64,000 nt of DNA from Chrysomallon squamiferum (lineage: Eukaryota > Animalia > Mollusca), in assembly GCA_012295275.1 (NCBI GenBank), contig CM022673.1, forward strand, positions 3,782,001 through 3,846,000, written 5' to 3'. This document shows positions 12,681 through 27,115 of the stretch, in pieces. Position numbers and translations under genes: made by a program. The stretch's first letter is position 1, and each line of letters starts with the position of its first letter. Under the pieces are notes generated by a model. It did no database searches and was not told the origin of the DNA. It saw only the letters and a program-made list of their open reading frames with translations.

Positions 12681-15229
12681 TATTTTACGTTTATGTTACG
12701 TTACACTGCACCTGTTGCGGAACATTAATGTTAAATTACAGTGTACTGCTTGCTATATGTTGATACTTTTACTTAAAGTATAATCTTGATCGTATTACAT
12801 ACGCTCTTTGTTCCGGCATTATGATTAGACAATTAAAATACAAAATTATAAAGCTTACACGTTTTCTGATAGAAAATTAACGTTTTCCGCTGCAAGAAAT
12901 CCATGTATGGCACATATTCAAAATCACTGCAATTTTTTTATTTTTTATTTTAGTTAAATCTTGCGTTTACTAACGAAGCAGAATTTCTTTATATACTGCA
13001 CATACGGGTGTAGTTATTTGCACATGAATCATGTTACGTGATCCGAGTTCAAATAAACAATGTTTCCTTGTTACCACACAATTTCCTGTTGCCACTAACA
13101 CCTGCAGTGACAACAGAGAAGATTATCCACTTCCCCCACCCCCGAGAAACTGACTGAACGAAAACGAGGTTGATAAATAACGTAGGCCTAAACAACATAA
13201 ACTCCGGTCAGCTGTGATGTTACTGTTAACGCTACTAAGAGAAAGGTGCAAAAAGAATACACAGACTGAACCTCCAGGAGTTATTTTATTTCATTTTTAT
13301 TTGTTTTCTTGAAAGGTGCTTTGTGATTTATATTATACTAGAAGTCAATCCACAATATATATATTAGAATGGCGTAGGGCTAACATGATCTAATCCATAG
13401 AACTTAGTTTTTAAATTATTAAAATGTATATGTATGTATGTATGTATGTATATATGGAGATATGTTTGTATGTTCTGTATATATGTATGTATATAAATAA
13501 GTAATACTCACTATAAATGTTGTTCACGGTTATGGTTGAATGTAAGTGAGATGATTTACACTATTCACTCGTGTTGTCACTGTATTATCCAAATTCATTT
13601 CTTATTTAGACTACTGTGGTAATCAGATCTTCATTTGTCAGTCTAAACATGCATGAATATCTGCGTGATTGTACGTGCGTTGTACATACGTATATAAATG
13701 TGTGCTGAAAAGTGTGTGTGCGTGTTTGCGTCGCGAAGCTTCGATTCGATTTGAATTTTGTGTTCGGAATTTCATGAACTGAAAAAGAGACACACACTCT
13801 CTAAGCAACCCTTATTAATAAACAATAAACAAAGTGAAAGGAAACAACAGCAACAAGATAAAACTGGTATAAAATAACGTATTAACCCAGTAAAACTGGT
13901 TATCATACGTTTTCTTTAATTTGCTGTTCAGAACGCTCATTATTTATATGCTATCATTGTGTGACTATGTTAATCCACCTCTGTGGGTAACTGTAGCATC
14001 TTTCTAATGCCCCGCACAAACTGCTTGTCATGCACTTAATTACTCTCCAACGTAGTCGAGATTCGATGGGAAAATTAAGATTCGCAGGGTCCTAGTGTGT
14101 GTGTGTGCATAAATATGTATGCATGCTTGCATGCATGAACGAATGTATAAATGCATGTATGCACATATGAATAAATTCATGCATGAGTTATTACAAACAT
14201 AAAATATAACTTTAAAACATTATTAATCCCTTTATCAGGAAGTGCAGTGCAATATAATTATTTCAATATCACTCTGACGGTGTAAATTATCTGCATAAAA
14301 CTTCTTTTTTTTTTTCTTTTTTTTTTTTTTATCGCCTTTGTACTGCAATTCATCAATAAAATATTATAATATTTAGTATTTTATACTTAACATTTTTTTT
14401 TTTTTTTTTTTTTGTGAAAATAAAAAATGAACTGAGAAATGTTTTTATCTGTTCGTCCACCGAGACGAAGGAACAAATGTTTTTCTTTCTAGATCACGTT
14501 TCTCAGAAAACTCAGTGATAACAAACATTATTTTGCGGTGAAATTATTTCAGTCATGCATGGCGTCACTTGGCTCTTTCTTTTCATCGAATCTGTTCTGA
14601 CATTCAGTTCAGATATAAAGTGTCATGAGATATAAGATCTTTAAAAAAAAATGAAAAAATGAAAAATGAAAAAAAAAATGAATAGAAAAGAATAAAAAAA
14701 AAATCACGTAAAAGAATAATATACGATATGACATGACATATATATATGTTTAACCTTTGAATTTTTTTTTTTTTTTTAATTTAATTTTATTTGTTTTATT
14801 TTTTCTACAAAGACGCTGACACAGGTAAACGAGTCACACGTTTGACCTCTTCTTTATATAACCTGGACTTTTCTTTCACGTAATTTGGAGTGCTTCTTTT
14901 TTCCTTTTTTTTTAATCACAGAGATAAAATAAATACACGGCCTACGTTACAGCCAAAGGGTTTGACATATTAGTTTTTTTAAATTATGATTTTTGTTGTC
15001 AGTCTTCAAAGGTTTACAGTCTGAGATGTTTCAAACTGATAAAACTGTCAAATAAGACGTGTTATTACATCCCACGCATTTTTTCTTGCTTTTTATTTTT
15101 ATCTTATGACCACAGAGAGTTGTGAAACCGGTTTTGAACACTTCCTAAAAATATATCACTAAAACACAGCTTCTTGTATTGTACATTTTCTAAGTCAGCT
15201 AGTAACATTATTCGATAATAATCTACTAT

Positions 15230-15590
15230 TTTTCAAACTAGTCGACTACATTTATAACGTTATTATACCAGTATCAGTAATTCATTATTCTTCAAACTAG
15301 TTCATAAGAAATAGTTAATAACTTTATATCAATATCAGTAATCTATTATTGTTCAAACAGGTTGATACAATACAGTTAATAACTTTATGCAAGCATCAGT
15401 AACCTATTATTATTCAAACAGTTAATAACTTTATATCAATATCAGTAATATATTACTGTTCAAACTAGTTCATAAGATATAATTAATAACTTTATACAAG
15501 TTTCGGTAATCTGTTGCTGTTGAAACAAGTTTACAAGATATATTTAATAATATTATATAAACATGAATAATCTATTATAGCTCAGACAAC
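15230..15590. repeat. Degenerate tandem repeat of about 60 bp (TTCAAACTAGTTCATAAGA..AGTTAATAACTTTATATCAATATCAGTAATCTATTATTG)
   Basis: About 6 visible copies, one truncated. Confidence 0.8.
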
Positions 15591-15800
15591 TATTCAAGAC
15601 ACTGATAATGACCAATATATCACTGAAAAATTACAAAACTATCAAGGGATAGATTAAAACTACTTAAAAGGCATCTATAAAATATTTAATGACATATAAA
15701 CACGCACACATACACATCAGGAATTACAAGTATGCACAAATGGATCAACAACTTCAAAGTAATAAAATATCACTACTTTGTTGCCAATTCGTTTTTCATG

Positions 15801-15864
<64 letters not shown>

Positions 15865-16622
15865 TAATATAGAAAAAAAGATAAAGAAAAACCCCGAAAT
15901 AGAACAATTTAGAAGTAAAATTGTCCTACTGCTTCACCTTGAAGGAAACAAGAATGTAAACCTTTCATTACTCAGTAATTTACGAGTTTTCAGAGACAAG
16001 AAAAATCTGTTTGACCACTTCAAATACAATACGTATATAACAAAGGTAAAAGTTAGAGATGACACAACATAATAAATTTTATATATTGTACCATAACAGA
16101 GAATGAAGTAATATATATTGAATTAACTTTTGTATTGTGCTGTTTTAAGTAGAATTTTATAATTTTATTTGTTTGTTTGTTTTTGTTTTGATCTTTTTTT
16201 TTTTTTTTTTTTTTATTCGAACGTCAAATTAACAGCTATGAGAAATAAAAAAATAAACAATAGAAAAAAAAACAATGAAAAATAAATTTATGCACGTCTC
16301 TATTCAAAAACAACGAAGAAGAAGAAAAAAACCCAACAAAGAATCGCAGTTATTTATAATGTTGACGTAAAATTTTATTCATCTCCATTCATATGTTTTA
16401 ATGTCCAGTTTCATTATTACTTCTAAAAAGGACTTTGTACTATAACAAAAGCGAACATAGTGGTTTAATATTGAGCAAAATTTGTGTGAACAGCATAAAT
16501 CACGAACAACAAAGATCTGTTATTTTTCTCACTTGTGCGAGACTTTTGTTATCCAGTATCCAACACGTCACATCGTTGACTAATTTTTGTATCTGGCTGA
16601 GTGTCCACTGAACGAGAATTAT

Positions 16623-16716
<94 letters not shown>

Positions 16717-17245
16717 CACACACAGTGCCACAACCTTGACCTATTAATGACAATAAACGATACATACACAGATATAGATATATATATTTTTTACATTTAT
16801 ATTCTTATTCTGGTATATTAAACACATTTATTTCATTACAAATCAATCCAGTGGCGTTCTTCTTTTCTAATTATATGATTAAATAATTGTAAGTAACGTT
16901 AACTCGGCAAATTATGCTGTCAATGTACACTGTGAATTGAAAGCCTTGAAAAGCTATGTGAACAGACCCCGTATGTAAATTTACACAATAACAAACGCTG
17001 AGGTATGTCCCACGCAAATTATATTGAGCTTGTCAGTATTCTATAGCCGAATGTTGACCCATTTCTTTCAAAGAATACTTCTTATATCAAAGAGGACAGA
17101 AAAATACGTCTTTTCACTGATAACACAGAGGTGAAGTATTAAACGGAAATTAGTTCGTGTCGTTTTTTTTTTTTTATAGGTCAAATAGATTAATGGTGCT
17201 GACTCATAAATTAAAATTCCATTCGAAAAAGAAAAAGGAGAAAAA

Positions 17246-17276
<31 letters not shown>

Positions 17277-18142
17277 CAAACAAACAACAAAACAATAACA
17301 ATATCAACAACAATAATAATAATAATAATAATGATAAAACTAAAAACAACAACAACAATAATAATTCTACTACTAATAACAACAGCCACAATATTAATAA
17401 TAATAGAATATCAAAGTAATGATAATATCAATGATAATAGTAATAATATTTGTACCAATAGGAGTTTCGGTAGTCAAAATAGAAGTTATTTTGCTACTTG
17501 CAGTGGTAGTTGATGCAGCGGTAATGATTGTGATAACAATGGTAGAGATAATAGCAACATAAATTAAATCATTAATAATTACACAGTAGATAGGGCTTCG
17601 TTAATACCTTGTGGTTAAGTAAGTTAAGTACTGCATAAATAGTTATTTTATTAAATCCCTTACTAAAAATACAAAAACAAAAAATAAAAAACAAAAACTC
17701 TTGAAAAAAACTTTTTCGTGACATATATATTAGAAATTTTGATGACGCCCATAAAATTCGAAACACGATTGTGAATAATTTAACCCAGGGCATAACTAAT
17801 ACGTTCATTTCACGGATGATATATGGCTGTCGATGATACTCCTTCGTGATGTGTAACTAAAACTAGACTCGCTAGATTTATCCGTATGTATTTCTGTACC
17901 TAAATGTTAGACACACACAGACACACACATTCACATACATACACACAAATTAACATACACACGCGCGCGCGCACACACACACACACTTACACAAACACAA
18001 ACACACAAACACTAAGTAATTAGAGAAAATGCTGAAAAATCAGAAATAGCAGTACAGGTCAAGATGATAATGACAGAAAGAAGAGGGTAAAACGAAGAAA
18101 AAGAGAGACAGACAAAAATACACTCTGTATATATTTATAATG

Positions 18143-18273
<131 letters not shown>

Positions 18274-20326
18274 AGCAAAAAAAAAAAATTATTTATTTGT
18301 GACACATAAAATTAGTCATGAAACATATCTGCATGATGTAATTTACCAATGATGTGACATTTTTTTTCTCTACCTCTTTTCTATTTTAATATGCACGTTT
18401 TTCTTTTTTCTTTTTTTAATTTAATCTCTTGTTCACGTCTCAAAGCATTTATGTAAATCACAGCACATCAAGAAATAAAAGAAAAAACATCTGCTTTGAT
18501 AATTTATATATTAAACAAGAACAACAACGTCGTATTTTTCTCACTCGAATACGCTGACAAAACAACCGCGCGGTTCAAACGAATAACACTCCGAACTATT
18601 ACGATGTTTACCGACAGATTGCCGATTACCACGACTTTGTTTTAAACTATTTATCAGTGAGTTATGTAAGTAAACAATGGATTATTGCAAACGATTAATA
18701 TTTAATACATGTTAGCTGATCGGCATGGAATGTACAGGTATGTAGAAGAAGCACGCACACACGCACGCACGCACGCACTAATACGTCTCGCTATGCAATT
18801 GGCAGACATGTTATTAGCAAATTTCTGATGCAGAGGTATTGGATATCCGCAACAAACAAACAAACAAACAAATAAACAAACAAATGAATAAAAAGACAAA
18901 AAAGAAGAAAGGTTAAAAAACAAAACAAAAGAAAACAATCAACAATAAAATACGAAATGTCTAAGATATGTTAGCCTTTAACAACAATTACAGTCCTTTG
19001 TCAAACACGGAGACATAGGGATTATAGAGATATCTTTCATTAAATACTCACTCAGTAACTGTTACCGCTACATACTCAAAGAAACTGCTTCACCTTTACT
19101 CAGTAAGTGTTACAGCCATATTCAAATAACTATTACCTCTCTACTCAGTATAATAACATTTGAAGTATTTTGATTAATGTCTCGATACACTTATAGAAGC
19201 TATGACAGTTATAAAATATACAAATATGTAATCATGATCTCTTTAATGGTTTCGGGGCGTTCCTCTTGAGTTGTTACTTTGATATGTTTTAGCATTCTCA
19301 GTAATTAATATATATGGGATTTTAGGAGCATATATAACAACTTTTTAACATACATAAACAAACCTAGATAAATATAAAATAAAACCTACGACATATCAAG
19401 AACGAAATAAAGAAAAAAGAAAAAGAAACAAAGAAAGAAAGAAGAAAAGAAGAAAGAAAGATTGAATGAAAGAAAAACAAAACTAAATAAATAAATTTTA
19501 AAAAAAGAGGTGAAAAAAAAAAAAAGAAAAGAGAAAAGAAAACGATGCTGAAGACTTTTGGTTTCAGTTAACTGGTTCATTGTGGTTTGTTGTTTTTTTT
19601 TGCCTGCAACTGTTTACGTCGTTCAGCTGCGCAGAAAACAACTCATGGTGCAGTAGATCCTCGATTTAACAGACTGATAGAAACAACGGGTATCCTTAAC
19701 AGCAAGAGTCGATTAAATCGCTAATGTTTTAAGAATAACATTTTAATATTATAAGACTGTAATAACTGTAAATACTGTAATATTCAATATTTCATTTAAA
19801 TAATTATAATTAAATAACGATCATACGAACACACAAGATGTGCATTAGATGATGTATGATAATAATTATATTTAACATATTAAACGACTCATTTCGTCTA
19901 CAGTTTCGCGGAAATGCAAGTGTTCGCTATGAAGACTTGAAGAAAATAGTCCGCCGAATTACTGCTCCCCAAAAAAAGAAGTCCGTTGAACTGAGGTCTG
20001 TTAAATTGAGATTTTACTGTATGTTACAAAAATGGAAAACACATGTAGATTTAACCTCGTCAGCACATTGGATCGTTTACAAACTCAGTGGTGATATTCA
20101 TGAGACATTGTGAGTGTCTAGCTGTGTCAGTTATAAACTACAAAAACAAAACTTGAACTCACAGTGTGCTTGTCTTCGTGTCTCGCTGGTTGTCGTATAA
20201 GCCATGTTTGTGATTTGACACATGATGATGGTGGTAATGACGATGATGATTATGGTGATGATAATGATGATATCGAAGACAAAAATAGCAACAACCACAA
20301 ACACAACAACAACAATAATAATAATA

Positions 20327-20374
<48 letters not shown>

Positions 20375-21062
20375 TGATAGGAAGAAGAAGAAGAAGAACA
20401 TAAAAGAGGAGGATTAAAAACATTTCTGTATTTATTACTGTTCACGATCATTATGAACATTTTCTTTATTTTATTTTATTTCTAAACAAACAATAAAATA
20501 TATAAAATGCTAACAAAAGTAGTATGCCTTTAGTATTTATTCTCACTTTATATTATTATTTATTTGAATATTTTATTAATTTAACTGCGTTTATTATTAT
20601 TATTACTATTTTTTATTTATTTATTTATTTATTTATTTTACTAAAATAAAATAAAATACAGGTTTATAGAAATCTTAAAAGTTAGAAATAATTAATAAGA
20701 TAATTAATTAATGAATGAATTAATTATTTTAAATATTAATATATCAAAACAGAATTTTATAACAATTTTCGTATCCTTTTTTTTTTGTTTAAATTTTCAT
20801 ACTTCACATCTCAGTATATTTACAGAAACACTTTACAATAACTGATAATCACAGTTATTAGTTTATATTTTATTTTATTTTTTTCGACGAGAAAGGAAAA
20901 CTTTCAGCAGACGACACGTTTCACCAACCGTCCTAAGGGTCACGCCCTTTCTGTCAATACCTCCAAAGACGTCATCCATGACTTCACGTATCACCACCTC
21001 ACACGTCTGCCTCAGTACAAATAAATTCAACAACAATAATAAAAAAATTTCCTTACACTTAC

Positions 21063-21096
21063 ACTGCAGCGGTCTGCGTCCAGCAGCATCCGCCAT
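21063..21096 (-). CDS. Candidate distal first exon (MADAAGRRPLQ), 5'UTR to about 21220
   Basis: Good start context (AGG ATG GCG) and a GTAAGT donor in phase 1, in frame with exon 1103-1306. It sits in a CpG-rich island with GTCACGTG at 21235-21242. Confidence 0.5.
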
Positions 21097-22429
21097 CCTC
21101 GTCTTCGTTGTTGCTGTCGTCGCAGCCGTTTTAGTAAATCCGAGTGGTCGCAGTCACCGACGTGCAAACGCGAGAGTCCCCGAAAGATGTCTCGTAAAAG
21201 TCCACAAAACTAAACTGTAAATAGTACGCAGCGGGTCACGTGCTCCTGCCTGCCGACTCACCACGATACTTATGAATAGATGTGAAGAGACATTTTCTTT
21301 TCTTTTTTTTTCTTTTTTTTTTTTTTTTTGTTTGATAAATTCGTTTCCTTAAAAACGTTCTGTTTTTTTAATTTATTTATTTATTTATTTATTTATTATT
21401 ATTATTATTTTTTTTCCTCCCTAGCTTTTTTTTTTTATAAATGTGATTCATTATTTAGCCAAATATGGCCGTTATTATGTTACGAGCACGACAGCTAAAC
21501 GGAGGAAAGTTAAATAAACATTTGCATTATTATAATGTCGGGGAGTGGTCTGTGGGATTAAATGTACCGCGGCAAAATAAACAGAGAAATGTTGGCTTAA
21601 CGGTTTCGTTTACATCGTTGTCACTTCCTCTGTTTACGATGTTTGTTTCGTTTCGTATTTGTTGTAGAAAATACACACAGACACGCAATTACTACGTAGA
21701 AACTTCAGACAGACATACATAGATAGATAGATGGATGGATAGATAGATAGATAGATAGATAGACAGACAGAAATAATGAAGAAAATATATATACAAATAA
21801 ACAGATATGTAGACAAAGATAAATAAACAGACAGATAGATAGACAAATACAAATAGATTACAGAGAGAAAAATACAAAAGAGAGACAGACTGATATAGAG
21901 TTAGATATAGCTAGGTATAGAGATGGACTGATAGACAGACATATAAAAATGGAGATAGATGCCGAAGGAAAAACAGAAAGATGCCTGCATCTATTGTTTA
22001 GTATTGTCTTCTTATATTTCAAAAGCCTTGACATTCAGCAGCTCAATACAAACATTCGTTTCTTTATGCTTCTCTCTCACAAAAAACAGAAAACGAAAGA
22101 TCCACTAAACACACGCATCAAGTAAGACAAGGAGTATGTTTCTGTAAGCAATAAGAAGTCTTATGTCAAATGAAACAAATTTTTATGTCATGAAATATAA
22201 TTTCGTTTATAGATGTTGAAAAAGAAAGAAAGAAAGAAAGAAAAAAACAACAACACAAAACAAACAAGATTTTTGGTTCCATAAAAATATGGAAGAAAGT
22301 AAGAACAAAATACACGGTTTAAAATATAAACACTGTAATTAAATTAATGTCTGAAGGTTGGGATTATTGTTACCTTTCTAAATACAAATTTTGCTTCATT
22401 ATTTGTTTTGTTAACTTTTAATTATTCTT

Positions 22430-22460
<31 letters not shown>

Positions 22461-22936
22461 TTGTTATTTAGATTAAAATTTTAAAACCAGAGTTGAAATT
22501 ATTTACGAAATAAAAGTGTATGAAGAGACACAACAACACATTAATTTAATCCATTAGAATTATCTCCCTTCTGCTTACGCTTGCTGAAATGTTTAAAATC
22601 TTTTGACAATAATTATGATGTACACAAACAATATGGAATAAATTTGAATTAAAAAAAAAAAAATTATAATTTTTTTATTTTTTTAAATTGCCGATAAATT
22701 TGATTTAAGTGTTAAAAGCTGATATTACTTTTAATATAAAAACTATCAGGAGGGAAATATTTACACAGCAGAATTATCATAGATGTTATCGTTAATATGT
22801 CTATCATCAACGCTTTTTATTTACAGTGTAATCAAAATTCCTAAAGAAGCGAATTAAGAATCGCAGAACGAGATTAAGGAAAACTGCATCTTCTTCTTCT
22901 GTTTTATTCATTACATTTTAATAATGATAACGTTTT

Positions 22937-22958
22937 TAATAATAATAACAACAACAAC

Positions 22959-23052
<94 letters not shown>

Positions 23053-23423
23053 TAACAAAAACAACAATAACAACAACAGCAACAACAGCAACAGCAACAA
23101 CGATAATAATAATAACAACAACAACAACAGCAATAGCAATAATAATAATAATAACAACAACAACAACAATAATAATAATAGCAACAATAATAATAATAAC
23201 AACAACAATAATAAATTTAATAATAATGATAATAATAATAATAAAAATAATAATAAAAATAATAATAAAAATAACAAAAACAACAACAATAACAACAACA
23301 GCAACAGCAGCAACAGCAACAACAATAATAATAATAACAACAACAACAACAAAAGCAGCAGCAGCAACAACAACAACAATAGCAATAATAACAACAACAA
23401 TTACAACAATAATAATAATAAAA

Positions 23424-23465
<42 letters not shown>

Positions 23466-23480
23466 TAATAATAATAATAA
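22937..23480. repeat. Compound (AAT)/(AAC)/(AGC) microsatellite, about 540 bp
   Basis: Directly visible. Source of the poly-L, poly-I and poly-Y ORFs. Confidence 0.95.
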
Positions 23481-23900
23481 ACCCATCTTTATATACAGGC
23501 AACGTCCCCCAAACCGGAGCTCGGTGTGAATGCATCTAACAGCAGCGAGTAAACGAACGAGGACGTTGGTTCTAGTGGAGATTCACCACACAGTGCAGAT
23601 ATGACAAACATCTCTGAGATATTGCACACTGTGTGTTTGCTTCTCCTCCTAACCTGTCTGCAACCTGATAGACTCATTTCCACTTTGACGTGTGCACGAT
23701 GCTGAACTCGCCAACGTTGTTCTTAGCTTGTTAGTTTGTACACAGCCGTTTTCAGTAACCACCAGAGTGCGTGCGTGTGCGTTCGTTTCAGACAAACGCG
23801 ATTTGCTTTTTGTTGTATTTTATTATTATTATTTATTTATTTATTCATTTATTTTTTTTTTTTTTTTTTTTTTTCAAAGATTAATTTGAACTGGTCTGTT

Positions 23901-23958
23901 ATGGATTACGTATATTTGCTGGTTTTCTTATTGGCATGCGGCTTCCAGAACGTTCTAG
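23901..23958 (+). CDS. nAChR-like exon 1 (signal peptide MDYVYLLVFLLACGFQNVL-G)
   Basis: ATG, a hydrophobic 19-mer, then a strong donor TAG|GTAAGT in phase 1, which matches the next exon and the usual nAChR exon 1. Confidence 0.82.
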
Positions 23959-24519
23959 GTAAGTAAAATGCATGTTGCATCGCCTCTCTGTTGAGTTAAT
24001 GATATATCGTTCATTAGCGATATTATGGTTTGAACATATTTTGTCTTTTTTTTTTTTCAGATTGTTTTAAATTGTATCCATCATTATATTTGGAGAAATT
24101 ATATGTGTTGTGCTGTAGATGATTATTTCTGTAAGTACGTTAAAATAACAAAACAATGCTAACATTGTCTGCAGATTTGGTAAGTCATGAATATTTTTTC
24201 TGTAAAAGTCAGATGACTCTAGTGCACCACTGTTGGAATATATTCAGTGGAATTGTTCAGATACTAAAACTTATAAATAAATAAATAAATAAATAGAAGA
24301 GAGAAAAAAGAAAGAAAGAAAGAAAACGAAAATAAATCCGAAAATGTCATTAATATTTCGTTATTATCAGTTCATTTGACAGTTTAAGCTTAAGGATCTC
24401 GACAGCTGAATAAATGTGAAATAAATCTAAAAGGTAATTAGTATTAAAAAACGAAAACAAATAAATAAACATAATGGTTTGAAAACAATCAAACGATCGC
24501 AAATCCTTAAAAAATAACG

Positions 24520-24611
<92 letters not shown>

Positions 24612-26041
24612 ATCAAACAGAGGTACCAGCGACAACAAGGTGAATTTCTCAGAGAATGTGTTTTGTTCTCAGGTTTCTGCTCGTACGGAAATACGTTTGT
24701 GCTTTCCACACTGCATGCAGATTCTTCTTGTTAGAATGCCAGGAATACAAGACACAGCAAACTTTCACATATCTGTACTTTGGCAAGCAACAGTTCACAT
24801 CATTTGTTACATAACATTTTCTGTTACCATTACACAGATACACACATAAATATACAAATAATATACACTTCACGCGCACAGCGACACACAGTCACATGTA
24901 TGAATGTATGTATGTATGTATGTATGTATATGTATTTGAATTACCGCACGTATGCAATTTAGATTAGTTCTATCATAATAAAAAATTATTAATAGTAAAT
25001 AAAAACACACCAAAATGTAAATGAAAATAAATGAAATTAAATACGACAAAATAAATATATATTAATAATAATAATAGAAAAAATAAGTAAAAACCAATAT
25101 GAAATACAATTCTGAGACAACCCCGATGTTAGCTTGTCAGTTCTGGTTAAGTTTTATCGTATAACGTCATCATCAGTTGACATTAAAGTTCTGTACGTTC
25201 TCTCAAATAAAGATCAGCCTCTGAGACAGATTGAAATTGATTCCAAGGCACGTAGCTTCCAAAGTTATGTCCATCATTTCTCGAGCACTTTACTGTGGTT
25301 TCAATTCTGAATCAATACAACGATACAGACGAAAAGGAGACAAACTTCAGACAAGGAATATATGGGTTTTTTTTCGTGTTTTTTTTCTTCTGTTTTGTTT
25401 TTATCTCTCTTTATTGAAAATTGTTTCCAAGCCAAGACTGTAGCTGTAATATTCGGAATTAGTGACCTGTTTCTATGAAAAGAACTGTAAGTCAAACAAG
25501 ATGAATCAGTGAAGTACTGAATGGTTGGGTTTTTTAACAAAATTTCAAAGTATTTTATTATTAACAGTTATTATTAGCATTGATGTTTTTCTTCCATACT
25601 TTTCTTTTATAATCTTTATGAAACAAAAAACAGGTAGTCGCCATTATGTCCTCTGTTTTTTCTTCAGTATAAGGAATCTTATGTATGTGCGTGTGTTTTA
25701 ATACACATGACAGCATGTACCAGTAACTGAGAAATGACTGAACTGTTTGCTAAGGTCTGATCAATCGGAATCAAAAAGCTTTTATTGTCTTAAGTTTTAA
25801 GGTAGATGAAACGGACAGCTGTTAAACTTATTTGTGGAAATTAAGCGTTATTCATCTTTCGTAGAATCGTGTAATGTACGTTCTGAGAGAAAAATAAACA
25901 TGGCTATAATCCAGCGACTGAAAGAATTATACTCTGTTTTTATTTAGACAAAACTTGTTATGACAGTAAGCTTGCCTTATCTTAAAGATATTCTTTGAAC
26001 TGTGCAGCCCAGTTATTAAGACTATATCAAACATAGGAATC

Positions 26042-26073
<32 letters not shown>

Positions 26074-27077
26074 TTACTTATTTTTATTTTTCTGCATCTT
26101 GGACCAGTCGTGAAAATGGCAGGCACACAGACACGGTCATACACACACAGACAGACAGACACACACTCACACACACACACACACACACACACAGATAGAC
26201 ACAAACACACACAGACACATTCACACACAGATATAAACACACACATATTTAAAATACTGTTCATAAAATAATGGCAGGAACGGGAAATAACATAAAAGAA
26301 CGGAAAAGCAGATATGTAGATTTGAGTCCCGTCTCTTGTTCATAATCGTCTCTGTGCTAACAGACCGAAGTTAACGAGAGATAAATATGTATAGTTTTTA
26401 TACAGCGGTTTATTTGACTAATTATATTTATATAGCTTCTCCGTCGACTGATAAATAAACGTTAACTGATTTCGTCTCTCAGGGAGTCACGAATAACTGA
26501 TTTTGTATTTATCTACGCTGGAGTGTTGGTTCCCTCTGCGCTTATGTGCATATTTATATTTACATGTGAAGCTATGAGTTCATGCTCTGTCTGTCTGTGT
26601 GTGTATACATACATACGTGTATATATATATATATATACACACAGTGGGGTGCAAAAGTATGTATACAGTTATGAAAAAAGAAAACACTTACAGTACTCAT
26701 GGCATTTATTATTGAAACAAAAAAGCTAATATAAAAATGCATGCATTTTTACTAATTTAAATAAAATACGGTTAATGACACTCAAAATAAGAAAAACGAG
26801 TCCAACGAAATTCACTGATGTGATACTACTGTATACCTACTTTTGCACCCCACCCTATATATATATATATTTGTGTCTTTCTTCGTTTGTATATTTCATT
26901 ATCATAATAATAATAATAAAAATTATTATTATTATAATATTGTTATATATTATCATGTTAATCATCATTCTTCTTCTTTCTCTTCTTCTTGTTCATCTTA
27001 TTATTATTATAATTATAATTATTATAATTATTATTATTATTATTTTTGTTATTATTATTATTATTAATATGATTATA

Positions 27078-27115
<38 letters not shown>

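Noticed and set aside
15230-15590. Regularly spaced repeats resembling a CRISPR array
   Set aside because: Eukaryotic context, whole units are degenerate copies without unique spacers, and there are no cas genes.
23489-23683. 64-aa minus-strand ORF in a GC-rich block
   Set aside because: No family motif. Better explained as the promoter or 5'UTR region of the receptor.
24673-24782. Possible extra receptor exon after ttctcag
   Set aside because: No strong GT donor or nAChR similarity, and exons 1 and 2 already join in frame.
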